From Emiliania huxleyi CCMP1516 (Eukaryota), in the NCBI RefSeq assembly GCF_000372725.1, contig NW_005201792.1, forward strand, positions 165,452 through 229,451: 64,000 nucleotides of DNA. Direction: 5' to 3'. The notes beneath the pieces were generated by a model. The model was not told the origin of the DNA and made no database searches. It was given only the letters and a program-made list of their open reading frames with translations. A program made the translations under genes and the position numbers. Numbering within the stretch: position 1 is the first letter of the stretch; every line of letters begins with the position of its first letter. Below, one piece after another: positions 1 through 10,360 of the stretch.

Positions 1-212
1 CCGCCGCCACCGCTCCCGCCCCTTCGGCGCGCGCGTCTCTCCCCGCCGCTCTCTCCCCTCGCCGGCGCCGCCGCCCCGCCTCCGCCTCCCTGTGCCGCGT
101 CACCACCGCCCTTTGCCATGTCCGCGGCGTGCGGCGCGGAGGCACTGCGCGCGACGCTGCAGCTGCCCGTCGGCGAGCTCGGCACCTGAGGAGCACGCCA
201 CACACGGACGCC

Positions 213-1301
213 TCACCCGCGTCTCTCGGCCGCACCTCGCCACCGCCCAGACCTCGGCCGCACCGACACCGCACACGCCTCCCCGCCGCCGCCGGCCGTC
301 TCCTCCGCCCCAACCTGCCGCCCCAGCCGAAGCAGGCCGCCGCTGCCGCCGCCGCCGCCGCCGCCAGCCCCGCCGCCGCCGGCAGAGAAGGCCGCCGCCG
401 CCCGCGACAGCGCGTCCGCCGCCTCGCCGCCCGCCTCGCCGCCGCCTCCGAGATGGTGCTGCTCTCCTGCCCTCGCGCTGTCCGCGTCGCCGCACTTTCG
501 CCTCCGACCTGCCGCAAAGCTCGCCGCGCGGATGGCCGCCCGCGCCGCCGATCCAGTGCGCGTCCTACGGCAGGCTCCCGCAGCCCTCAGGGGCGGGTCG
601 CACGCCTCGTGGGGAGGTGCGGACAGGCTGCTCCTGCGCCGATCGCTCGCCTCGACGTCTGACCGCTCCGACGCAGCAGAGTCGTCCGAGTCGGCTCCGC
701 GCTCGGAGAGGCCGCGCTCGGAGAGGCCGTCCTCGTCGCCGTACATGGCCGACGAGGCGACCGACGATCCGATCGACGACTCGGACGCGGCGGACGACGA
801 GGCGCCGTCCGAGTCGTCGCCGCCGCCCAGCCCTCGCTTGAGCCAGGCGGACGTCAGCTGCAGGTGCAGCGTCGCGGCGCCCTTGGCCAGCGGGACCGAG
901 AGCGTCGTCGATTGCCGCGAGTAGGAGGCGTGCGGCGCGAGGTCGAGCGAGCCGCTGATCTTCTTCGCCTTGGCCGCGCCGCCTTCGACCCGCACCGTCA
1001 AGTCGGAGTTGCGCGGCTCCAGCCGCATCTGCCCGTGACTCGTGCTCGAGTAGACGGAGCACGCGAGCGAGACGGGCTCGCGCCACTCGGCCGCGCGGCC
1101 GTCCGCCGCGGCGCCCGCGCGCACGGCCCCACCGTACGCCGTCTTCTTGCCCGACTTCCAGCTGAGCGAGAGCGTCGGCGGGACGCCGGGCCGAGCGGGC
1201 TGGAGGAGCGCGCCGCCGCAGACGAGCCAGGCCTCCTCGACAGTGAAGAGGTAGCGATGCTTCTTCTTGCCCAAGCGCAGCGAGGGCTTGAGCGCGGGCA
1301 T
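213..1301 (-). CDS. NT-type C2 (EEIG1/EHBP1 N-terminal-like) domain protein with low-complexity tail; 3' end uncertain
   Basis: KKHRYLFTVEEAW..LSLSWKSGKK..AEWREPVSLACSVY..KKISGSLDLAPHAS..TLHLQLTSAWL fits the NT-C2 pattern; followed by a Ser/Asp-rich region. Confidence 0.7.
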   Translation of the reverse strand: MPALKPSLRLGKKKHRYLFTVEEAWLVCGGALLQPARPGVPPTLSLSWKSGKKTAYGGAVRAGAAADGRAAEWREPVSLACSVYSSTSHGQMRLEPRNSDLTVRVEGGAAKAKKISGSLDLAPHASYSRQSTTLSVPLAKGAATLHLQLTSAWLKRGLGGGDDSDGASSSAASESSIGSSVASSAMYGDEDGLSERGLSERGADSDDSAASERSDVEASDRRRSSLSAPPHEACDPPLRAAGACRRTRTGSAARAAIRAASFAAGRRRKCGDADSARAGEQHHLGGGGEAGGEAADALSRAAAAFSAGGGGAGGGGGGGSGGLLRLGRQVGAEETAGGGGEACAVSVRPRSGRWRGAAERRG

Positions 1302-1360
1302 GGCGGCGGCTTTGGGAGGCCGTTGCGAGCAGGAAGAAACCCTGTGCGCGAAGAGTGGCG

Positions 1361-1577
1361 CAGCGGAGCTGGGAATAGGACCGCCGCAAGCGGCGTGGCG
1401 TGGGGCGGTTGAGCATCCCTCCGGGGCCCCCTCTGCGCCGGGGAGGCGTTGTTGGAGGCTGGACGCTAGCGTCCTTCGCCTTTTTCAAACTCGGGAGGAC
1501 CCACTCCGCTACGGCAGCCTACGCTCCGACCCGAATTTGGAGGGCCATGAGTTTAAGGTGTTGCTGCGCAAAAGGGG
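1361..1577 (+). repeat. Dispersed ~215 bp repeat; second copy at ~20211-20418
   Basis: CAGCGGAGCTGGGAA...GTTTAAGGTGTTGCTGCGCAAAAGGGG is near-identical at both sites. Confidence 0.85.
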
Positions 1578-3579
1578 CGGGGCGCGGGCGCGCGTACGGC
1601 GGCAGGCCGAGAGCTCTTTTTGGAGATCAGACCTTTCGATGGTTCATGCTTTCTAATGTCTATCTATCATGCTTCATGACACGACACGCGGTGGTGGGAG
1701 CTGGTGGAGCTGTCAGCTGATCGATCCAAGCGGGTGGGGAGTGGGGGGCATGGCTGGGCATGCAGGCCCGCCAGTCGGCCCGGCCTCTGACGTGGTGCTG
1801 CCGCTGCATTCGCTGAAGAAGAGAGGTGCGACTTGATTGGAGGCACTGGAGGCGAAACAAGAGCCGTGGGTTGCGGGCGTCTCTCGCAAGGGCCGACAAA
1901 GAGAGCAGATCGGCCTGACACGTCCCGCACATGTCCCCGTTCACAGTTGAACTAATTCTCACGGCTGTACACTGTTTATTAATCGGCCGTCCGCGAGCCC
2001 CTAGCTCGCCGACGGCGAGAGAGATGCCACGAGGGGTCGCGGTGGCGTCCATCGCCAGGCTCCCTAGCTCAACCGACGACCCTCCTGCCTCGGGATCGAC
2101 GGCCGATCGTCATAAGGGAAGGTTGGGCCGGGCCGTGAGGGGCTGATGGCGCTGGCCAGCGCGGGGTGTGAGATGTCGTCGTCATATACTGCTGGCCCTC
2201 GAGTTGCCAGGGCTGTGGGCTGCAGAATTGGCGTCTGTGGCGTCTACGCAGGCTCTGCAGCGTGATGGCTGGCGGGACTGCGAGGCCGGCGGCAGCGGAA
2301 GGAGAGGCTGGGCACGAGCCAGGAACAGGCTGCGTGGCCAGGTCCGCAGGTGGCTGCGTCGGGCGAGGCGCGCGCGCGCATGGCAGGCCGAGCAGGCTCG
2401 GCATATGGTCCCGAGACGCGCGTCCACTGTGGGTTCCCCTCCCTGAGGGGTAGGGGATCCCTAGCACACTGGAGCCGAACCCTGGGAGATTGCGATCTCG
2501 GGCGTGTCACGCTAAGTTTGGATGAGCGTGTCACGCTCAGTGTGAGAGCGTGTCACGCTAAGTTCTAACGGAGTAAAGAAATGCCCAAGCGCGAGAGGTT
2601 TGATGAGCCGTCTACCGACTACTCACGGAGGGTCATCAGTAGACTCGAGACGTTCCTCGGCAGGCTAGCTTCGGCAGCCCAATATGTTCCGGAGAGAGAG
2701 AGAGATTTTTTAGAGCAGCGAGGGCATGACGCATGTGGGACGGCGGTATCGGCACAACGCTTACACCAGTGTCCAACCTCGTGAGCGTCGTATCAACCGA
2801 TGGCAAATTGCTAGTCGCCTGCTTGCGGCAGCAACGGCTGGGGCTTGTCACGTTGTGGGGAGCGGCGGGCTTGGCTGTCAGCGGGCGCCTGGGCGGTGTC
2901 GAGCACCACCAGCGTCCAGGGTGTCGAGAACCTCATCGTCGCTACCACCGACGACGAAGGCCTTTGTTCCAACCACCGCAGCGGCGTCTTGCCCACTTCT
3001 CTCCGATTAATGAGCGAAGCCCCAGCTGCCAGCCAGTGTCAAGGTCGGCGGTGTCGAGAGTTGCAAGCCATCCAACCTGCGTTCGTCACGCTCCGGCATA
3101 ACGTGGGATTTCATGTGCCGCGGTGTAGATTTTGCTGCCGATCACAAGACGGCGAAGAGTTGCCGCTGTGGATTGGATCGGCGGCGGCGGGGTGGCCGGT
3201 TGCGTAGGGCCCATCACTGCAAGGATCGGCACCGCCTCCTCCTGCGGGCGCCTCCCGCGGCGCCACCGCCTCCGCCTGCTCTGCTGCAGCCGCACCTGCT
3301 GCCGCCACGTTCACCTCCTCCTGGGACGCCACATCCGCCTCCTCATCCGTCTCTGCCGCCGCCGCCGCCGCCTCCTGCGCTGCCTGTTTGCCTGTTTGTC
3401 TGAGCATCTCCGAGCACGCGTGCTGTAGCCCTGGCGTCGATGGAGGCTCGCATGGAGAGGAGGGACCGGAGGGCCTCCTGCATCAGGTGGGCCAGCAGCT
3501 GCCGTGCGGGGAACGATCCGCCAGCCCGCCGGAGGCTCCGGTCAATCATAGGACGTTCGTGCCGGTCTAGCTTCCATCA

Positions 3580-3698
3580 ACATGCGACCATATCACCGTG
3601 GGCTACCGCTTCCCATCCGAACAGCGAAGTCAAGCACGGTCGAGCCCAGGTAGTACTCCCATCCGGGAGGGGGGGGGAAGGCTGGGTGTTGCATGTAC
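3580..3698 (+). rRNA. 5S rRNA or 5S-like RNA, copy 1
   Basis: ~119 nt; terminal helix ACATGC/GCATGT; GACCATA, CCGAAC..GAAGTCAAGC (A-box region), GGTAGTACT loop E, GGGA tetraloop, GAA. Confidence 0.85.
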
Positions 3699-3701
3699 CT
3701 C

Positions 3702-3772
3702 GTCACCGTGGTCTAGTGGCATGATGCTCGCCTGCCACGCGGGCGACCCGGATTCGATTTCCGGCGGTGACA
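3702..3772 (+). tRNA. tRNA-Gly(GCC)-like, atypical
   Basis: Acceptor GTCACCG/CGGTGAC; anticodon arm CTCGC-CTGCCAC-GCGGG; T arm CCGGA-TTCGATT-TCCGG. Confidence 0.8.
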
Positions 3773-3778
3773 CGTTCT

Positions 3779-3852
3779 GTCCGTATGGTCTAGTTGGTCA
3801 TGACGTTCGCCCAACATGCGAAAGGTCCCCCGTTCGAACCGGGGTATGGATA
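3779..3852 (+). tRNA. tRNA-Val(AAC)-like, atypical (C33)
   Basis: Acceptor GTCCGTA/TATGGAT; D arm TGGTCTAGTTGGTCATGAC; anticodon arm TTCGC-CCAACAT-GCGAA; T arm CCCCG-TTCGAAC-CGGGG. Confidence 0.8.
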
Positions 3853-3854
3853 GA

Positions 3855-3859
3855 TTTTT
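3855..3859 (+). terminator. Pol III oligo(T) terminator of the 5S-tRNA-tRNA cassette
   Basis: First run of 4 or more T after the 5S start; lies 2 nt after tRNA-Val. Confidence 0.65.
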
Positions 3860-3863
3860 GCGG

Positions 3864-3966
3864 CACTCCCTTTGTTCTCTTCTCATAAAATCGGAGGGTC
3901 GGCCCACGGGGGGACTTCGTGAACTGAAGCGACCCAACGATTTTATGAGTGGCAGCAAAGGGAGTG
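3864..3966. mobile_element. 103 bp MITE with 9-bp TSD (Mutator-like TSD length)
   Basis: TIR CACTCCCTTTG/CAAAGGGAGTG; inner IR CTCATAAAATCG/CGATTTTATGAG; TSD TTTTTGCGG; absent from the paralogous site near 10196-10204. Confidence 0.9.
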
Positions 3967-4030
3967 TTTTTGCGGGCGCGTAGATTTTTGCGCGGGCAAA
4001 GCAGGAATTCTTTTTTGATGGCGAGAAGAG

Positions 4031-4258
4031 ATGCTCCTCACTCTGGCCTCTCCTTCGGTAGCTCCTCCGCCTCCGCCGCGGCCCGACCCCGTGCCCCTCG
4101 CTCCGCCGCAGCGTGTACCGCTTCGCCGCCGCTGCTAGTCATCGACCGCCGCTCCGCTCGTTCCGCCCGCTCTGCAGGTGGTGCTCGGAGGAGGCGTGCG
4201 TCTCGGCGTCTCGTCTCGTGCCGGATTGGCTCTCATGGCGACGCAGGACGAGCTGTAG
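4031..4258 (+). pseudogene. Truncated duplicate of the RpiA 5' end (presequence exons)
   Basis: MLLTLASPS|intron|VVLGGGVRLGVSSRAGLALMATQDEL, then TAG at the duplication breakpoint. Confidence 0.8.
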
Positions 4259-5150
4259 AGAGTTTACTGCATACTGTACTGGTTGGCTAGTAGTTAAGTT
4301 CTGAGCCTCGAGGCTTAGCGGGTCTAAGTCTTAGAACTAAGTGTGCCCTGGCTCGCTGGGGTGCTTACGCGGTCTAAGATCGGCGGCAGCCTCTTATGCG
4401 GGCTAAGTGTGCGTGGCACGGCCTGGCTGGGGCCAAGAGGCTCCCACCGTGATCAACGATACGGCGCTAGCCCCCAAATTTTCTTCGCCTGGCGGCGGGC
4501 GCCTTCTAATCCGGATCGATCCTTCTCATGGGGCTCAGCAATCGCCGCCTAAGCATCCTCCTCTTCCGATTCTCGTTGCTCTTCTTGAGCGCAATCTTCA
4601 AGCCAAACAGTTCTCACAAAAAGCCTCAAACTCAAACAAACGCATCCAGCTTGTTGCGCTGCTTCGTTGCGATGAGCTGATTGGGATCGCAGAAGTGCAT
4701 GCCAAGCACCGCCACGATCTTGAAGCAGAACACATCGCAACCGCATCGTCCGCACTGCCATCGGCATGCCGTGCCCGCCGCGCTTCGCCGCAGCCGCCTT
4801 AAGACACGCATAGCGGCAGCACATGGTACGGTGCGCGTACTTGAGCAGGCGTTGCGCGCCGCAAGTAGCGCATGGCCCTGGGACAAGGCGATATGGCGTC
4901 GTGCGCGGCATACGTTGGTCGGGACGCGTCCAGGTATTTTTCGGGTAAACCTGGACTTTTGCAGGTATACCCGGGTTTTACCCGGAGTTGGCCTTGTGTC
5001 GTCTAAGTTCATGGCCCCCGACCATACAGCGTCTCAGTATGAGCCCGGCTCCGTGCGGGGGCTAAGTTGAGCGCTCGCTCGCTCGCTGCAGAGGCTAAGT
5101 GTGGAGCGACCCTCTAGCAGGCAGCCCTACTAGTACTACCCAGCTCCATT

Positions 5151-7760
5151 CTCTGGGGTGGCGCGGGGGCCCCCGGAGGCACCGTGCGCCGCGCCGCAGT
5201 GCGGAAACGGGGCCTGAGCCCTGGTCTGACAGCCTGACAGCAACCCCCGGACAGCGCCTGACAGTGCCCGACAGCCTGACAGCGCTGACAGCACTTTCTC
5301 CGACAGTCTGACAGCACGTCTCTGACAGCCTGACAGCAGAGCCTGACATCAGAGGCGTCCCGTCGCTGTCAGGCCCTAACGTGACAGCCTGACAGCTGCC
5401 CGACAGCCCGACAGCACACAGCGGCCTGACAGCAGCGCTGACAGCCCGACAGCCCGACCAGCCTCACAGCAGCACAGACCGTCTCAGGCCGTGCAGCCTC
5501 TTTCTTGTGTCCCATGAGGGTATAGCAAAACTATTACATGCAAAGACATGTGTATGTGGTCCGCGCCTTCGATTCTGTGGAGTCCGCGCCAACCTCTGTG
5601 CACAGACCGGCTTCTTCAAGCAGCTGTGCTTGCACTTTCCTCTGGCTGACACCTATGTCCAGGGTGGCGCGTTGCTGGAGGAGCCGGGAGAGAAGGAGGA
5701 TGATCCAAACGGCACACCCGATGCTGAGCCGGCCGAGCTGACCGCCATGGGCGCACAGGATGCTGCAGATGCCGAGGCCGTGCTGAACCAGCTGATGCGG
5801 ACGGGGGCCAACGTGGCGCCTCCAACCGGCGGCGAGGAGGGCAGCAGCGCAGAGTTTTTTGAGGAGATCCGTAAGCTGCTGGCAGATTTCAACGTCTCCA
5901 TCCAGGAGGAGTCAAAGGATCGCAAGCTCCGCTTCCACGTCAAGCGGCTCATCAAGTCCCATCAGCAGCGAGGCGAGGATGTGGATGAGGAGCTCGACTT
6001 CTACATGGATGATGATGACGGTGACCACGCCCTTGCCGCCTGTCACACACACACATAAGACGTGCATTCTCATCTCTCCCTCTTCTCTTTCTCTCCGCAG
6101 TTGCGGTGCTCTTCACCATGGAGGATAGCTCCAAGGTCTTTGCCATTGGCAACATCGAGCAGGTGGCCGTCGCCGACGGCACGGTAGACGCGCGCCGCGC
6201 CACTGGCAGCTCGAGCGCAGAGTACCTGCGCCAGCTCTCGATGAGTCAGCGCAGCAACGGGGTCTTCATCAACGACCCCAAGGGCCTCTTTATCCTCCGG
6301 TGGTACCGTGAGGTGGAGGGTGACGGGACCCCCCCAGACGGCCCGCGCTACCAGAACAGAGCGTGCAAGTACTACAAGCTGACGAGCGACAACGATGGGG
6401 AGGCCTTCCGCTGGACCAGCAACTACCAGATCATCAGCAAGGTGTACCTGAAGAAGCACTCCCCCCTGCCTCTCTGCTATTCTCTCAGTGCGGCAGACAA
6501 GAAGATGGTGACGTCCACCATGAAGAAGATGGTGGGACCGGAGGCAGAGTAGAGACTAGAGTATGTGCAGCAGAGTCCTGCTGGTCTCCTCTTGATAATG
6601 TCATAAGTGTGGCTGGTGTGTGTCAGAGCCTGACAGCACCCCGACAGCACCACCTAACAGCACCTGACAGCAACAGCCCAACGTCTGACAGCAGCAGCAG
6701 CCTGACAGCTCTGACAGCTCCGACACTGCTCCGACAGCGTCTGACAGCAACACCCGACAGCTCCGACAGCACCCGACAGCTACAGATCCCCTCTGATGTC
6801 AGACACGCACCCGACAGCACCCGACAGCACTGACAGCACACGACAGCTGGTCTGACAGAGGCACCTGACAGTGCCTGACAGCTGCCCGACAGCCCGACAG
6901 ATCACCTGACAGCACCTGACAGCCTGACAGCCAGGGCTCAGAACGGGGCCCCGGCTCCGTTAGTCTCCGTTAGCACCAACTTCCCGATTAAGCTAGGTTA
7001 ATCAGAGGGCAGATTTGGAGAGATCTCGAGGAGTACATACAGATAGACCCTCCAACCATCAGAAAACTCCGACCTGATCGGTCGTATTGACCGCCGACAG
7101 ATCACTCCAGACAGCAGACAGGCCGACGTCTGCACACGCGGCCGGCCGGGCGAGAGGCTTGACAGATCCGACCCTTCGACCCTGATGCTGCTGCTCTAGC
7201 TATCCGACATGCACTACTGACTGCTGCCACAATGTGCGACCGGTGCTGGCCCACTTGGCGGCCTTTCCGGTCAGTGGTGAGGCGCAGTTCAGGGCTGTCG
7301 ATGGCGCAATGCCGCACTGGTCCCACATTGGTGACACGAGACCACCAAGTTTGCCGGTCCAAGAGAGAGGCACCGGCGCTGTCCTGAGAAGGTGCGTGGT
7401 CCCTCTTGACTGCCCATGCGCGCGAGGCTGTGTAGGCATAGCCTCGAGAGTGCCAGCAGCCAATCCGAGGCGACGCGCATTGCGCCAGAAGCGTGCACAC
7501 GATCTGGAAGGACACCCTCCTACTGACCGTAGGATCAGGTCGTCACTGAATGCTTGATACTAAGGCCGCGAGCTATGCAGGTGATCAATTGTGCATCATG
7601 GCACGGTCAGCAGCGCCGACAGGCTGTCGCAAGGCGTGATAGCATGGCCGCAAGAGGCAAGTCGGCACCTGCGGCGGGCCATGGGACCCCATCTCCCCCC
7701 CGCATGGACACCCTCTAGGGCCCCCGGCCCCCGCGGCCGCGCCCGGCCCAGTCCCCAGAG
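5151..7760. mobile_element. CTCTG..CAGAG TIR element (family A), copy 1, with a nested insertion
   Basis: Ends CTCTGGGG/CCCCAGAG; degenerate 8-bp TSD GCTCCATT/ACTCCATA; internal ~700 bp shared with the copies at 19386, ~56085 and 60519. Confidence 0.75.
5214..6941. mobile_element. 1.73 kb TIR element with 8-bp TSD, CTGACAGC subterminal arrays and internal ORFs
   Basis: TIR CTGAGCCCTGG/CCAGGGCTCAG; TSD AACGGGGC; uninterrupted site seen at ~19441 and ~61371-61378(-). Confidence 0.9.
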
Positions 7761-8003
7761 ACTCCATATCTGCCATTGAGAGCGCTACCGACTTCTTTAC
7801 GTCAGTTGTACACAGTACGTACGTGTGTCTACTGAGTACTGTCTGTGGGGATCAGAGTTATTGGTTAGAGAGTTATTTAATGTCTCTCCACCTCGTGGGA
7901 CACGTAAAAAATAAAATATGAGGCAAACAGGGACGGCCGGCAAGGCGGGGACGCGACCGAGAAACATGCGAACACACAACGCGAGGCCCGCGGCTCCGCG
8001 ACC

Positions 8004-10139
8004 TCACGGCTTCTGGCTGATGCCGTCCTTGCCCGCAATGATGACCGAGGTGGTCATGCCGCAGAAGAGGCCGTGCTCGAAGACGCCGCACAAGCCCTTG
8101 AGCTCGGCCGCCGCCTTGGGGGGGAGGGGGGCGGTGATGGACGCGTCCACATCCCTTGTGCGCGGGCATTGTCCCGTCGGCGCGGCGCGCGGCGCGGGGC
8201 GAGGGCGTGGGGCGAAGGCGAGGGGTGGTGGGGTCCCGCCGCCTTTGGCGCGTCGGCGATCGGCGTGTCGAAAAAGACGTCGACGATGTAGAGGCCTGCG
8301 GGAAGTGGTCCGGGGAGGGTCGAGGGGAAGGGCGGCACCCTGCCGGCGGATGAGACGCGCGTGGAGGCCGTTGTCGGTGACCGCGGGGTCCTTTCCGTCG
8401 ACGGCGTTGTTTGCGGACGAGCCGAGGCGCAGCTGCGGCTTGCCGCCTGTCCACGCCAGGCGGCGCGAAGGGATGTGAGGCGGTCTCTCGGCGGTCTCTC
8501 GGCGGCCTATCTCGGCGGTCTCTCGCCCTTGAGCGAAGGCAGCTCGGCGATGGCGCGCATCGTGTGCTCCCAGCAGAAAGGCGCGATCTCCACCGGAAGC
8601 GCAAACGACGGCCCGAGCCCGTCGCACCTGCGGCAGGCACGGCCCAAAGGATGGTGCGGCAGGCACGGCCCAGACGCCGCTGAGACGGCGCTGAGACGCC
8701 GCCGAGCTGGAAGTGAGGCCAAAGCGGAGGCGAGTGACCATGCCCCACGGCACCGTCGAGGTCGTGATCTCTCGACATCTCGGCGACATCTCGGCGACTC
8801 TCGGCGACTCTCGCACATCTTCGAGTCGTCGACGATGACGATGAACTTGTCGGCGCACTCCTCGACAATCTTCTCGCGGAAGAGGGCGCCGCCGCCGCCC
8901 TAAGAGAGGGAGAGGGGGAGAGGGAGAGAGGGAGAGGGAGAGAGGGAGAGAGAGAGAGAGAGAGAATGGACGCCTCATCTCGGCGCATCTGGGCGCATCT
9001 CGGCGGATCGGGGCTCGGCGCATGATCTGGGCGCATGATCTGGGCGCATGATCTGGGCGCCATCTCGGCGCATCTCGCGCCTTGATCAGGTTGAGCTGCG
9101 GGTCGACAGCGTCCGCGCCGTCGATGGCGACGTCGATCTTGGAGAAGCGCGACTCGGGCGTGCCGAGGGTCTGCCGAGGAGGGGAGAGGCAGGAGTGAGG
9201 CGAGGGGCACACGATCTCGGCCAATCTCTCGGCCAATCTCGGCCAATCTCCGCACCGTCAGCGGAATGCCGAGCTCCTCGGCCTGCTCCTTGGTCCGGAC
9301 CTGCGCACCGAGACCGAGAGGAGCAGAGATGAGCTGAGATGAGCTGAGATGAGCTGAGATGAGCTGAGATTGAGCAGAGAGCCTACGATGCAGCCGAGAT
9401 GCAGCCGAGATGCAGCCGAGATGCAGCCGAGATGCAGCCGAGATGCAGCCGAGATGCAGCCGAGATGCAGCCGAGATGCAGCCGAGATACAGCCGAGATG
9501 CAGCCGAGATGCGCGCCGAGGTCGGGATGGCGACGATGTCGGTCAGCTTCCCCTCCTTGAGCAGCTGTCCCACCTGCGGACGACATGTGCCGAGGCGTGC
9601 TGAGATGTGCCGAGACGTGGGAGGCGGGAGGTGCCCTTGCGGTGCCCCTCTCTCACCCGCTCGACGGCAAAGGCGGCGGTGGAGCCAGTGCCGAGGCCAA
9701 CCACCATGCCAGACTTCACGTAGTCGTCCACCGCCTTGTACCCCACCTGCGCCGCACGCAGGTGACACACAGGCAGGTCAGCGTGACCTCTGCACGCGGC
9801 TCAACGCCGCCGAGGATGTGTCCGCGGCGCGCGTGACGGCGCGGGCCGTGGCTGGGCTGAGTGCTGCCGCCGACGCGCTACGGCCGCGCTGCCGCGGCCT
9901 CGCACCTGCTTCTTCAGCTCGTCCTGCGTCGCCATGAGAGCCAATCCTGCACGAGACGAGACGCCGAGACGCACGCCTCCTCCGAGCACCACCTGCAGAG
10001 CGGGCGGAACGAGCGGAGCGGCGGTCGATGACTAGCAGCGGCGGCGAAGCGGTACGCGCTGCGGCGGAGCGAGGGGCACGGGGTCGGGCCGCGGCGGAGG
10101 CGGAGGAGCTACCGAAGGAGAGGCCAGAGTGAGGAGCAT
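8004..10139 (-). CDS. RPIA: Ribose-5-phosphate isomerase A, multi-exon, probably plastid-targeted
   Basis: MATQDELKKQVGYKAVDDYVKSGMVVGLGTGST, IDVAIDGADAVDPQLNLIKGGG, LPVEI, VTDNG, GVFEHGLF; short N-terminal presequence. Confidence 0.95.
9323..9510. repeat. Intronic minisatellites (GAGCTGAGAT)n and (GCAGCCGAGAT)n
   Basis: 10-mer and 11-mer tandem arrays read directly. Confidence 0.95.
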
Positions 10140-10206
10140 CTCTTCTCGCTATCAAAAAAGAATTCCCGCTTTTGCCCGCGCAAAAATCTACGCGCCCGCA
10201 AAAATC

Positions 10207-10280
10207 TATCCATACCCCGGTTCGAACGGGGGACCTTTCGCATGTTGGGCGAACGTCATGACCAACTAGACCATACGGAC
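10207..10280 (-). tRNA. tRNA-Val(AAC)-like, copy 2
   Basis: Reverse complement of 3779-3852. Confidence 0.8.
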
Positions 10281-10286
10281 AGAACG

Positions 10287-10357
10287 TGTCACCGCCGGAA
10301 ATCGAATCCGGGTCGCCCGCGTGGCAGGCGAGCATCATGCCACTAGACCACGGTGAC
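10287..10357 (-). tRNA. tRNA-Gly(GCC)-like, copy 2
   Basis: Reverse complement of 3702-3772. Confidence 0.8.
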
Positions 10358-10360
10358 GAG

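Larger units (their letters stand above)
2660..4255 (+). repeat. Segmental duplication, copy 1 (inverted relative to 9915-11558)
   Basis: Near-identical reverse complement; mirrored ORFs in the track (e.g. 3111..3407- vs 10653..10949+). Confidence 0.95.

Noticed and set aside
3111..3428. Short ORFs upstream of the 5S gene
   Set aside because: Low-complexity, open on both strands, with no recognisable domain
4301..5110. A third complete CTGAG element
   Set aside because: A left-end-like sequence is present, but no matching right TIR or TSD was found
5214..5460. CTGACAGC repeats as a CRISPR array
   Set aside because: Units are ~8 bp and irregular, with no unique spacers or cas genes; they are transposon subterminal motifs
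7102..7557. Family A internal ORFs as a transposase
   Set aside because: No DDE or zinc-finger motifs; frames and lengths differ between copies
7873..9768. 631-aa ORF
   Set aside because: It reads through RpiA introns and minisatellites in mixed frames
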